A stretch of DNA of 64,000 nt from an uncultured Acidimicrobiia bacterium. Its GTDB lineage: Bacteria > Actinomycetota > Acidimicrobiia > IMCC26256 > JAENVU01. The stretch is from the NCBI GenBank assembly GCA_963756815.1, contig CAVWPR010000018.1, positions 11,140 through 75,139 on the forward strand. The letters run 5' to 3'. Under the pieces are notes generated by a model, which saw only the letters and a program-made list of their open reading frames with translations, did no database searches and had not been told where the DNA came from. A program made the translations under genes and the position numbers. Shown here piece after piece: positions 10,521-19,677 of the stretch. Each line of letters opens with the position of its first letter. The stretch's first letter is position 1.

Positions 10521-11426
10521 TCAGCGGCGGCGAGCCAACACCAGAGAGGCGGTGAGGGGGCGGACGATCCACCCGTCGTAGCGCGAGTCGATGAGCGCCT
10601 CGACCTCGGCGAGCATTGCCTCGCGGGCTTCAGGGTCGGCCATCGCCCGACTGTTCGAGTCGGTCCGCTTGAGCTCCGTGTAGCCCCGAGCCGTGTAGCG
10701 CTGGTCCCAGCGGTAGCGATGGATCGAAGGCTCCGCGAACTCTGGCGAGGCGACGATCTCATCGACGAACGAGGGAACAAGCTCCTCGTGGGTGGGGACA
10801 GGGTCGTGCGTTCCCGGCAGTCCATGGCGGCTGAACACGTGATGGACCTCGTCGAAGAACCCACGGTCAGCGGGAGAAGCGACCTGGTTGAGCGCGATCA
10901 GCGCCAGGTGCCCGCCGGGTCGGAGCAGGGCCGCCGGTCTCGTCATCCGCGCCTCGGGCGGCACCCAGTGGTAGCTCGATGCCGCCACGACCGCGTCGAA
11001 CGAGCCCGGGGCGAGGTCGACGTTCTCGAAGGGCCCGATGACGACGTCGACGGTCGGGAGGTTGCGGGCGAGGACGGCTGCCAGGTGGGCACCCAACTCG
11101 ACCGCGGTCACTCTGGCGCCTCGGGCAACGAGGCCCTTGGTGGCTTGGCCTGTGCCAGGACCGACCTCGGCCACGACGGGCGACCGAGGCAGTGCGCCGG
11201 CCAGCTCGTCGAAGAGGTCGTCGGGATAGCCGGGGCGCACCCTGTCGTAGAGCTCGGCAACCTCATCGAAGCCGCAGCGCCAGGCTTGCGGAAGGTCGGG
11301 CACGCACGTCTTGCTAGCCGACCGCTCGCATCCCCTGCATCTGTGCCCGAAGATGTCGCCGCGTCGTGACTCGTGACGTCGACTGATCCGCTCGAGGCGA
11401 ACTCGGGGAACAGGACCAGACGACAT
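10521..11426 (-). CDS. Class I SAM-dependent methyltransferase
   Basis: Motif I is VAEVGPGTGQAT, followed by ARVTAVEL, then FDAVVAASSYHW and LLRPGGHLAL. The start is uncertain (11426 is the ATG of MSSGPV; 11477 is also possible). Confidence 0.8.
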   Translation of the reverse strand: MSSGPVPRVRLERISRRHESRRGDIFGHRCRGCERSASKTCVPDLPQAWRCGFDEVAELYDRVRPGYPDDLFDELAGALPRSPVVAEVGPGTGQATKGLVARGARVTAVELGAHLAAVLARNLPTVDVVIGPFENVDLAPGSFDAVVAASSYHWVPPEARMTRPAALLRPGGHLALIALNQVASPADRGFFDEVHHVFSRHGLPGTHDPVPTHEELVPSFVDEIVASPEFAEPSIHRYRWDQRYTARGYTELKRTDSNSRAMADPEAREAMLAEVEALIDSRYDGWIVRPLTASLVLARRR

Positions 11427-11501
11427 CCGTGGCACGCTCTCCCTGACCGTCCCGTGGTGCCGAGTCGGCCCCGGCACGTCCGGACCGGTGGAGTCGGAGC
11501 T

Positions 11502-11723
11502 CTACGCCGGTGGCAGGCCGGCGCGCTCCGTCACGACTTCCTCGATTCCCGCCCAGCCTTCCCCGACGTCGAAGCGAAGGACATCGAGGTCGGATCTGCC
11601 GAGGAGTCGCGCACAGAGCTCGCCGTAGTCGAGCCAGAACCGCACCGGCCCATCGGAACGGCTGGCATACAGACGCTCGCCAATGCGCGTCGTTCGCACG
11701 TGGGTCGCGATCTTGTCCCACAC
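11502..11723 (-). CDS. Short hypothetical protein (about 73 aa)
   Basis: Only the C-terminal part of track ORF 11502..11969 looks protein-like (VWDKIATHVRTTRIGERLYASRSDGPVRFWLDYGELCARLL..). It lies directly downstream of the GNAT gene. No family was recognised. Confidence 0.25.
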   Translation of the reverse strand: MWDKIATHVRTTRIGERLYASRSDGPVRFWLDYGELCARLLGRSDLDVLRFDVGEGWAGIEEVVTERAGLPPA

Positions 11724-11770
11724 GTCCGCTCGTACCGGCCGACCGCGATCCCGGTGACGTGGCCGAGTGG

Positions 11771-12415
11771 TCAGGTGTAGGCGCGCGACGTGTACATGTC
11801 CCTCGCCCGGTCGTAGTCGAACCGGCGAACGAGGCCGAGAGCCTCGATGGTCGAGATCTGATGGAGGAGCGCCTCGTTGGTGACGATCACCGGCCGCTCC
11901 AGTGACCAGTCGTCCCGCAACCAGCCGAGAAGCGTCGCGAGCAGGACACCTTCGAACCCGGCGTCCCACGTCGACACACGAACCCAGAACGAGACGGTCG
12001 CGTCGACGGAGGTCAGATCGCTGCCGTCGTACGACGTCACCTCGGCGGACTGATACATGCGGTCGTCATTGGGCAGGATGTAGATGCAGCCGAGCACCTG
12101 GCTCTCGTCGGTGTTCATGACGGTGTAGGTGTACCGGGTCCCGTCGCGATGCTCGCTCTCCATCCGCTCGAGGTCCGCACGGTTCTCCTCCACCGAGAAG
12201 TCCGCGGGCGGGTACGGGGGGTCTTGCTCCCAGTGGTAGAGGAACTCGCGGCTCGACATCACGGCTTCGTGGTCAAGCACCGCGTCCGCCGTCACGAGCG
12301 GCCGGATGACGAAGCCATCTCCGGTACACCCTTGCGCCGGCTCGACGCCCCGCTCGCGGAAGCTCACGCCCGAGACAATTGCACCGCGTCGGAACCAGCT
12401 GCAGCTGTTTCGCAT
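11771..12415 (-). CDS. GNAT-family N-acetyltransferase
   Basis: Sequence FVIRPLVTADAVLDHEAVMSSREFLYHWEQDPPYPP..ENRADLERMESEHRDGTRYTYTVMN..VLGCIYI..VSFWV resembles actinobacterial GNAT proteins. GTG 12367 is an alternative start. Confidence 0.65.
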   Translation of the reverse strand: MRNSCSWFRRGAIVSGVSFRERGVEPAQGCTGDGFVIRPLVTADAVLDHEAVMSSREFLYHWEQDPPYPPADFSVEENRADLERMESEHRDGTRYTYTVMNTDESQVLGCIYILPNDDRMYQSAEVTSYDGSDLTSVDATVSFWVRVSTWDAGFEGVLLATLLGWLRDDWSLERPVIVTNEALLHQISTIEALGLVRRFDYDRARDMYTSRAYT

Positions 12416-12485
12416 GAGGTCAGACGCCGAGAACGTGCCCCCGATCGCCGGCTCGGAGGCGCAGAGATGCCCCACCGACCGGCAG

Positions 12486-12950
12486 CTACGCGTGCCTCGC
12501 GGCGTGGCCGAGCGAGTACGGAAGTACGCGACGGTGGAGCACCCCGACGACGGCCCAAACTGTTCGCGCCCCGCGCCGATCGAACTCGACGTTGCTCGAT
12601 GCCGAGGCTGATGCGTCACCCGCAGTGAACGTCAGCCGCGCTCGGCCGAGCACGCGAGAGTCAACGGAAAGAACAACGACGGAGGAGTCACGTCGTGCGA
12701 TTGACCAGCCCGCGACGTGATCGACCGATGCGCCGCGATGGAGTCGGAGTCCAAGTACGTAGCGCCAGCCGAACGCGATGAACCACTGCAATGCCGCCGG
12801 ACCCTGTTCGAGTGTCCCGCGTGCCCACGCCTCGGCCGAACGTTGATCGACGGGTTCGACAACGAAGCGGTCGGCGTAGTCCGACCGGAACTCTTGCCCG
12901 TCGATGACGGCTGGCTCGGTCGGTTGTTGACGCCGCACTACGCATGCCAT
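12486..12950 (-). CDS. Conserved hypothetical protein
   Basis: ATG 12950 (MACVVRRQQ..). Protein-like segment is SAEAWARGTLEQGPAALQWFIAFGWRYVLGLRLH..HVAGWSIARRD..VVLSVDS..RTVWAVVGVLHRRVLPYSL. No family was assigned with confidence. Confidence 0.45.
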   Translation of the reverse strand: MACVVRRQQPTEPAVIDGQEFRSDYADRFVVEPVDQRSAEAWARGTLEQGPAALQWFIAFGWRYVLGLRLHRGASVDHVAGWSIARRDSSVVVLSVDSRVLGRARLTFTAGDASASASSNVEFDRRGARTVWAVVGVLHRRVLPYSLGHAARHA

Positions 12951-13149
12951 GGACGCGAAGCGTCGTCCCGCGACGGCCGTGGTCTCGAATCCGCCGGAAC
13001 CGCACGGATGACTGCTCGCTGTGAATCGGGGACGGTCGGAGACGCCCGAGAGTGCCCCCGATCGCCGGATCGTTGTCTCAGGGAGGGTTCGGATCGGTTG
13101 GAGGTGGCGGCGGAAGTGGTCCAAGGAGGCCCGGCAGCCGCGGTCGTGT

Positions 13150-14562
13150 TCAGCCGGGACACGCTCCGTTGACGGGATTCCTCACGGTGGCGTCGGGCAT
13201 CAGTGTGTTGCAGAAGATGACGTCGGTGAGGTTCGCTCCGTCGAGGTCGGCGCCGGTGAGGTCCGCGTTGGTCAGGTCGGCGCCGGTGAGATTCGCATTT
13301 GTGAACTTGGCACCGCTGTTGTTGCCATCGGCGAACTTCATGCCGTGGAGGTCGGCTCCACTGAAGTCGGTGCCGATGGTCGACGCGAAGTCGAGGTTCG
13401 CGCCGGCGAGGTTCGCGCCTCGGAGATTGGTCCCGTTGAGCGAAACAAAGCGCATCTCCGCACCGCTGAGGTCCGCGCCGGCGAGGTCAGCGCTCGTGAG
13501 CGAAGCCGAGTTGAGCGTGGCGTTGCGCAAATTCGCGCGTCGGGCGTGCACGAAGTCGATGGTCAGTGCGGTGAGATCGGCGCCGGAGAAGTCGGTCCGA
13601 ACGAGGCGGGCATACGGCATGATCACGCCGATCAGCGGCCGCCCCGAGAGGTCCTCGCCCGAGCAGCGCGTGTGCGCCACGAGCCTGCAGCCCATGACCG
13701 TGGTGCCCGTTGCGACGTAAGGCGTCGTGTACTCGAGGACGAGCGGATAGTAGGGGTTCTGGTCGTTGATCGTGATTGGCGCGCCTCTGGCGATTACCGG
13801 CTTGCCGCAGGTCCGCACGGCGACCGAGGGCGACGGCTGTGGATTTCGGATTGTCCCGTCGGGCATCACCGTCTGACAGAAGACGGCGTGGTCGAGCCTC
13901 GCGCCCCTGAGGTCGGCGCCCGTGAGGTCGGCGAGGGTGAAGTTGGTGTTGCGGAGGTCGGCGTCACGGAAGCTCGACGCGGTCAACCCGGCCGACGTGA
14001 AGTTCGCCCTCGCCAGGTCCGCCCTCGAGAAGTCGGTGTTCGACGCGGCGCACAGGATGCACTGCACGCGCGACAGGTGGCCGGCGACGAACGAGGCGTG
14101 GGTCGTCGATGTCGCCGACATCTTCGAGTCGGTGAGATCGATCCCGTCGGCCTTCGAGTAGGCCAGGCTGGCCTGGAGAATGTCGACGTTGGAAAGGTCC
14201 GCGCCGGTGAGATCCGCGTAGCCGAGGAACGCGCCCTGGAGGTACTGGTTCGCGAGGTCGGCGCCGGGGCACTCGGTGTACGCGACGATCACGCAGCCAC
14301 CCACCGCGGTGCCCGCCTGCACCTGGCTCGCGGACAGTGCCTTGGCCGCGACGTAGTACGGGTTGCTCGGTAGCACCGTCACGCTCTTCGGTGGCCGCGC
14401 ACTGGCCCTGTCGGCGCGCGCACGCTCGACGGTCACCGCCCCGCCGTTCGCTCGGTCGCCCGACGACGCTGCGCACGCGTTCAGCAGTCCGAGCGCGGCA
14501 ACGAGCGCGATGGCCGGCACCGCGCGTCGGAGAGCGGAGTGCCGTCGGCGGGTCGCGGACAC
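13150..14562 (-). CDS. Secreted pentapeptide-repeat protein, lipoprotein-like signal (LLNAC), two tandem modules
   Basis: N-terminal signal is RRAVPAIALVAALGLLNAC. There are long runs of A(D/N)LxX pentapeptides (ADLTGADLSNVD.., ANLTGADLTNADLTGADLDGANLTD). The 470 aa ORF is intact. Confidence 0.85.
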   Translation of the reverse strand: MSATRRRHSALRRAVPAIALVAALGLLNACAASSGDRANGGAVTVERARADRASARPPKSVTVLPSNPYYVAAKALSASQVQAGTAVGGCVIVAYTECPGADLANQYLQGAFLGYADLTGADLSNVDILQASLAYSKADGIDLTDSKMSATSTTHASFVAGHLSRVQCILCAASNTDFSRADLARANFTSAGLTASSFRDADLRNTNFTLADLTGADLRGARLDHAVFCQTVMPDGTIRNPQPSPSVAVRTCGKPVIARGAPITINDQNPYYPLVLEYTTPYVATGTTVMGCRLVAHTRCSGEDLSGRPLIGVIMPYARLVRTDFSGADLTALTIDFVHARRANLRNATLNSASLTSADLAGADLSGAEMRFVSLNGTNLRGANLAGANLDFASTIGTDFSGADLHGMKFADGNNSGAKFTNANLTGADLTNADLTGADLDGANLTDVIFCNTLMPDATVRNPVNGACPG

Positions 14563-14874
14563 GGTTGTTCCTTACGAGAGATCGATCCGGCGCCGTTTGC
14601 TCGACCGATCGAAGCGGCACCTTGACCTCGGGCCCGGGAGCGCCACCCACGAGCCACTCACGTTCCCCCATCCTCGGGCTCGGAGCCGCGCTGATGCAGC
14701 CCGCGAAACGAACCCCTGCCCTCCCGGCAACTGCCCCACGACGCCCGGACGTGGCTCGGCCTCCGCGTGGTCGATGTGTGCGGTAGAACGAGATCGCCTT
14801 GCCGAACTGCGGGGACCGAGTCTGCGCGGGCGAGCAGTACGTTGGCCGAATCGCTGGATCCGAGGAAGGTTCGG

Positions 14875-15685
14875 ATGGCCGACGACCGCTTCGTCACCAC
14901 TCGCGACGGTGTGCGGTTGCACGCCTCGCTGCTCGGAACGGGATCACGTCCGGTCATCGTGCCCGGCACCGGCAACGAGGCTGATTTCGAAGACCACTTC
15001 GCGAACCACTTCGTCGTGTTCTTCGACATCCGGAATCGGGGACGCTCCGACTCGGTGCCCGACTCCGGCCACGTCGGACTCCCCGTCGAAGTCGACGACA
15101 TCGACGACGTCCGAGCCGCATTCGGCCTCGACCGCTGCTCACTGTTCGTGTGGTCGTACCCGGCCTTGGTGGCTGCGCTGTACGCCGCTCGTCATCCTGG
15201 TCGTGTCGACCGGCTCATCTTGTCCTGCCCTCCGCCCGCGGACGCGAACGTCGCCGGCTTCTTCACCGCTCGTGGCCGCCAACCGGTGCCGCCTGCGGCG
15301 ATGACCGCGGTGACGGCCGCCGAAGCACGCGGACAGCGGCGAACTCGCACGCTCGTTGATGTGGAACTCGGGCGGGGTCGAGCGACTGCGGTGAGATCCC
15401 GGAAGCATGCCGAACGAGCGGCCCCGACATGTCGCCGACGCCATGGATCGGGTACGTGCCACGTTCGCGGAAGGATTCGACTTCAGGCCTGAGATCAGGA
15501 CGATCGCGGCGCCGACGCTCATCGTCCACGGCGCTCGAGACGGCATTCCCTTGGCATCGTCGGAAGAGCTCTGCGAACTGATCCCAGATGCGCGGCTCGT
15601 CGTGCTTCCCGATGTCGGCCACCTTCCCCACGTCGAGGCGCCCGTCGAGTTCTCGCAGAGCATCGCCAAGTTCCTCGACGGTTAG
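14875..15685 (+). pseudogene. Alpha/beta-fold hydrolase, disrupted between about 15300 and 15400
   Basis: The N-terminal part (14875 frame) is VTTRDGVRLHA..VIVPGTGN..FFDIRNRGRS..SLFVWSYPALVAALYAARHP. The C-terminal part is in the 15407 frame (APTLIVHGARDGIP..LPDVGHLPHVE). An in-frame TGA sits at 15392 in the intervening segment. Confidence 0.7.
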
Positions 15686-15732
15686 GTCGAACAACGGTTC
15701 GTCACGACCCGAACGCGCTCCCCGCGACTCGA

Positions 15733-16360
15733 TCAGGCCGATGCCGGGTCCTCGGTGAGGCTGCGGAGTCCGCGCATGAGCAGTTCGAGGAGAAGCTGGT
15801 ACTGCGCCACGGCGTCGGGATCGATGAGCGCGAGCTGCGCGAAGGCGTCGGAGCTGGTTCCGAAGACGGCCGCGAGCTGTTCGGCGTCGACCGGCAGGGC
15901 GCTCCCGCTTTCCGCCACCCGCTGGGACAGGTAGTCGGCGATCGCGTGCCGGTTCGCGCGCGAATACGAGCGCGCGGTCGCGGAGGTCGGGGTTCCGATA
16001 GGCGTGGAGCTGGAACTCGAGCATCACGACCCGGAACTCGGTGTCGCGTTCGACCATCGACGCCCATTGGGCTGTGACGGCCGGCAGGTCGGAGGTGTCG
16101 AGCCAGTCCGACCCGGAGGGCAGCTCGTCGAACTCGGCGAAGGTCCGTTCGTTGAGTCGGACGCACACCTCGTGGAGCAACTCTTCCTTGTCGGCGAAGT
16201 GCTTGTAGATCGCGCCTCGGGTGTAGCCGGCGCTGGCTGCGATCTCGTCGAGGGATGCGCCCTGGAATCCGCGCTCGGCGAACACGGTCGCAGCCGCGTC
16301 GAGCAGCGCCTCGCGAGTGCGTTGCCGGCGGCGTTCGGGCGTCCACTTCTCGACCGGCAC
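15733..16360 (-). pseudogene. TetR/AcrR-family transcriptional regulator, one frame break near 15950
   Basis: The HTH region is REALLDAAATVFAERGFQGASLDEIAASAGYTRGAIYKHFADKEEL. The C-terminus continues in the frame of ORF 15733..15918 (..VAESGSALPVDAEQLAAVFG..LLLELLMRGL). It is divergent from the ABC operon. Confidence 0.8.
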
Positions 16361-16390
16361 GTCGTCAGTCTCGCAGGTCCAGATACCCTC

Positions 16391-16421
16391 TTGACACCAA
16401 GATACGGTTCCGTATCTTGGT
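16391..16421 (+). promoter_or_regulatory. Candidate promoter (-35 TTGACA) overlapping a perfect 12-2-12 palindromic operator
   Basis: TTGACA lies at 16391-16396. ACCAAGATACGG-TT-CCGTATCTTGGT lies at 16396-16421 and ends 3 nt before the GTG start at 16425. It sits between the divergent TetR and ABC genes. Confidence 0.6.
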
Positions 16422-16424
16422 AAC

Positions 16425-17384
16425 GTGACCGTAGCTCAGACGGGGACCGTCCTGGAAGTCACCGAGCTCGTCAAGCGCTACGGCGAGCGCGTCGCGCTCG
16501 ACCACGTCTCGCTGACCCTCGCAGCCGGCCAGGTGCTCGGCCTGCTCGGACCCAACGGAGCCGGCAAGTCGACGTTGACCTCCATCGTGGCCGGCCTGCT
16601 GACGCCCGACGGTGGCACCGTCGTGATCGACGGCGTCGACGTGGTCGCGACGCCCTCGCTTGCGCAGGCACACGTCGGCCTCGCCCCGCAGGAGATCGGC
16701 GTCTACGAGGTCCTGACGGTCCGGGAGAACCTGATGTTCTTCGCCGAGCTCGTCGGACTCCGGCGCCAGGAACGTGCGCGCCGGGTCGACGAGGTTGCCG
16801 CACGTCTCGGTCTGGACGGCCTGCTCGACCGGACGGCCTTCGCGCTCTCCGGCGGTGAACGCCGCCGCCTCCACACCGCGATCGCGTTCCTGCACCGGCC
16901 GGCGCTGCTGCTCCTCGACGAGCCGACGGTCGGCGCCGACATCGAGACGTGTACGTCGTTGCTCGGCCTCGTGCAGGAGGCAGCCGCAGAGGGCGCCGCC
17001 ATCGTGTACTCGTCGCACTACCTGCCCGAGATCGAGGCGCTCGACGGGTCCGTCGCGATCCTGTTGCGGGGCCGGCTCATCGCGTCGGGCACGTTGCATG
17101 ATCTCGTCGCCGACCACGGCCACACCGGTGTCGCCCTCTCCTTCGACGGACCGGTGCCGGACGCGGTTGGCACCGGCCTGGCGGGAGCGTCCGTCGCCGA
17201 CCAGGTCCTCACCATCGAGACCCACGACCCGGCCGGCACCATCGCGACCGTCATGCGCGACCTCGGATCGAGTGCGTCCCAGGTCTCCAGCATCGAGCTG
17301 CTGCGGCCGAGCCTCGAGAGCGTGTTCGTCACGCTCACCGGGCAGCGCTACTCCACCGAGGATCTCGATGTCGCCGCGGCGTAG
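16425..17384 (+). CDS. ABC transporter ATP-binding protein (DrrA-like)
   Basis: Walker A is GPNGAGKST, signature is LSGGERRRLHTA and Walker B is LLLDEPTVGAD. The 319 aa ORF is intact. Confidence 0.9.
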   Translation: MTVAQTGTVLEVTELVKRYGERVALDHVSLTLAAGQVLGLLGPNGAGKSTLTSIVAGLLTPDGGTVVIDGVDVVATPSLAQAHVGLAPQEIGVYEVLTVRENLMFFAELVGLRRQERARRVDEVAARLGLDGLLDRTAFALSGGERRRLHTAIAFLHRPALLLLDEPTVGADIETCTSLLGLVQEAAAEGAAIVYSSHYLPEIEALDGSVAILLRGRLIASGTLHDLVADHGHTGVALSFDGPVPDAVGTGLAGASVADQVLTIETHDPAGTIATVMRDLGSSASQVSSIELLRPSLESVFVTLTGQRYSTEDLDVAAA

Positions 17385-18141
17385 CGCCGCCATCGCCCGC
17401 AACGAGCTGCGCGTCTTGCGGCGGGACCCCATGCCGCTCATGGTGCTGCTCGTCATGCCGGTGATCATGGCTGCGCTCTATCGCACCACCTTCCGCGCGG
17501 CGCTCGTCGTGAGTGGCCATCCGCACGCCTCCGGATCCGACTTCGCCGTGCCCGCCATGATCGTGCAGTTCGGATTCTTCCTCGTCCCCTTCACCGGATT
17601 CCTCTTCTTCCGTGAGCACATGTGGAAGACGTGGCCCCGACTCCGGGCGAGTGGTGCCCGGCCGGCCGAGATCGTGCTCGGCAAGGCACTGCCCATGATC
17701 CTGATCGGTCTGGCCCAGATCGCCGTCGTCATCACCGCAGGTGTTGCGCTCCTCGACCTTCACGCAACACCAAGCCTGGTGCCGCTGGTCGTCGTCGCCG
17801 GGCTCTACGTCGTCGTCGCGACGGTCATCGGCATCGCGGTCACGGCGCTCGTGCGGACCAGCCAACAACTCAATGCCATCGGCTTCCTCGGAGCAACCGT
17901 CCTCGGCGCGATCGGCGGCGCGCTCGTCCCACTCTCCACGCTCCCCGCCTGGACCCACCACCTCGCCCCTGCCACACCTCAGTACTGGGCCATGCGCGCC
18001 AGCCGTGACCTCCTCCTCGACCACCTCACCTGGACCGTCATCGTCCTTCCGCTCACCGTGCTCGCCATCTTCGGGGCCGGTGCGACGCTCATCGCGATCC
18101 GCAAGCTCCGATTCGAAGACCGCACCGTCGGGTGGTTCTGA
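17368..18141 (+). CDS. ABC-2 type transporter permease
   Basis: ATG 17368 overlaps the end of the ATPase gene. Sequence is ARNELRVLRRDPMPLMVLLVMPVIM.. with about 6 TM segments. It is the tail of track ORF 16774..18141. Confidence 0.8.
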   Translation: MSPRRSAAIARNELRVLRRDPMPLMVLLVMPVIMAALYRTTFRAALVVSGHPHASGSDFAVPAMIVQFGFFLVPFTGFLFFREHMWKTWPRLRASGARPAEIVLGKALPMILIGLAQIAVVITAGVALLDLHATPSLVPLVVVAGLYVVVATVIGIAVTALVRTSQQLNAIGFLGATVLGAIGGALVPLSTLPAWTHHLAPATPQYWAMRASRDLLLDHLTWTVIVLPLTVLAIFGAGATLIAIRKLRFEDRTVGWF

Positions 18142-18181
18142 CCGCCAGCGAGCAACACCGCGGGATGCGGATGCCAGAGAT

Positions 18182-18201
18182 ACTCGGCATGTCTGCCGAG
18201 T
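18182..18201 (+). terminator. Short stem-loop downstream of the ABC-2 permease gene
   Basis: ACTCGGCA-tgtc-TGCCGAGT is an 8 bp stem, 40 nt after the stop at 18141. There is no T-tract. Confidence 0.3.
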
Positions 18202-18458
18202 CGGCACACGTCCGCTGACCAGCACCGATTCTCTGCGACGTTGGTCCGCGTTCACGCCGTGCGACTGAGTTGTAGGGATGCTGTCGCGGAGAGCGCCTGC
18301 CCCCGATCGGCACTTTCGCCACGGTCCGAGGCGGCGGCTGGCGTGGCGTTACGGGACAGCTGCCGACGGTTGGAATCCCGACTACCGACCGGGCATCGCA
18401 ACCTGACGGGCGCCCCCGGAGCGGCCCGAAACGGGACTTCGAGTCGCCGGGTGAGAAG

Positions 18459-19300
18459 TCAGTCCGTTGCGATCGTGCCGGTTCGCAAGCCCAGGGGTCC
18501 GCGTAGGGCGAGGTAGGCAGCGAGTACGAGACCGGCCTCGATCGCGCCGACGAGCAACGACCCACCAAGCGTGCTCCCTTGCTCGCCGTGATCGCGCACG
18601 AACGCGGCCGCCGCAGCCATCGTCGCGACCCGATCGGCCCGAACGTCGGCACCGGAAGACCTGGTCAGTGACCGCAGATCGGCGAACGGAGATCGGTCGA
18701 AGTGTGAACCTGCGCCTTCAAGCTGTCTGGTGAGCCACCACGCACGTGAAACGAAGAGACCGGCAACGGTGGCGAACGCGGGACCGGCAAGCAGCACCAG
18801 AGGATCGCCGCGCCCTGGGAGAGCGCCTCCTGCTGCAAACATCGCTCCGGCCGCCGATACCAGTGCGATCACAGTTCGGCGGCATAGCAGCGCCGACTCG
18901 GCGGGAGACACGACACTGTGGCGGATTGCCAGCACCTGCATCAACCCGATCACCATCGCCACAGCCGACACCTGCGCGCACACGAAGAACGCCATCGCCC
19001 ATGCGACGGCTGCCTGAGCTGCGGCGTCTGCGGAGTGGATCAATACGAGCGTCGATCCGCCCACGGACGCAACGCCTACAGCCGCCAACCAGGCTGCACG
19101 GACACAACGACCGGTCGCGACTTCTGCGTCGAACGACGCCGCGACAACTCCGGGAGCTCCGAACGCTACGGCAGCCTCGTCGGGACCGACGTCGTTCGCA
19201 AGATCGATGAGGTGGTCGTGGCACTCGGCAAGGAAGCGCTTCGCGCGCGGCCGCGCACGCAGAGCGCCGCTTCGAGGTCTGCCATGTACTGCTCGATCAT
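18459..19300 (-). pseudogene. Membrane protein with N-terminal HAAS/DUF1700-like helix (PadR-associated), one frame break near 19250
   Basis: It starts MIEQYMADLEAALCVRGRAR (the frame of ORF 19166..19792). It continues as AKRFLAECHDHLIDLANDVGPDEAAVAFGAPGVVAASF plus about 6 TM segments in the frame of ORF 18459..19334. There is an ATGA overlap with the PadR stop. Confidence 0.55.
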
Positions 19301-19621
19301 GTGGCCAGCCCAACACGCGGTCGACTGCGACCACAAAGGTCCGCCTCTGGTCGCGCCACGAGGCGAGGTGGCGCCGGCCGGCGGCCGTTCGCTGTAGACG
19401 CGACGACGTCGGCCGTCACTGTTCGCCCATTGGCTCGACACCAGCCCAGCCTTCTCCAACCGGTGCAGCGCCGGATACAGCGATCCCTCGGGCACATCGA
19501 GATGTCCGCCGCTTCGAGTTGCGACCCGACGGGCGAGCTCGTAGCCATGACCCGGCGCTTCGGCGAGCACCGCAAGCAGCAGGCCATCCAGATGTCCCCG
19601 CAGAAGGTCGGTGGTTCCCAT
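19297..19621 (-). pseudogene. PadR-family transcriptional regulator, two frame breaks (about 19425 and about 19305)
   Basis: Sequence MGTTDLLRGHLDGLLLAVLAEAPGHGYELARRV..VPEGSLYPALHRLEKAGLVSSQW..RRRRVY is followed in a second frame by TAAGRRHLASWRDQRRTFVVAVDRVLG. The stop is in the third frame at 19297 and is coupled (ATGA) to the next gene. Confidence 0.75.
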
Positions 19622-19677
19622 GGAGGGCACTATACCTAGACTGTCGATGTATATCGAGCTCGCTGTCCCACAGGAGT
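19622..19677 (-). promoter_or_regulatory. AT-rich intergenic segment: candidate promoter/operator for the PadR gene
   Basis: This is the locally least GC-rich stretch of the window. On the minus strand TATAGT ends 8 nt before the PadR ATG (a leaderless-type arrangement), and the inverted repeat TCGAT-ATAC-ATCGA lies just upstream. Confidence 0.3.

Noticed and set aside
13021-14373. 450 aa plus-strand ORF with regular GAGEVR-like repeats
   Set aside because: It is the reverse-complement reading of the pentapeptide repeats. The minus-strand product has a signal peptide and canonical A(D/N)LxX periodicity, so the plus-strand ORF is a mirror artefact.
18340-18400. GGTTGGAATCC resembling a tRNA T-loop in the 317 nt intergenic gap
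   Set aside because: The flanking bases cannot form a 5 bp T-stem or an acceptor stem on either strand, so there is no cloverleaf.
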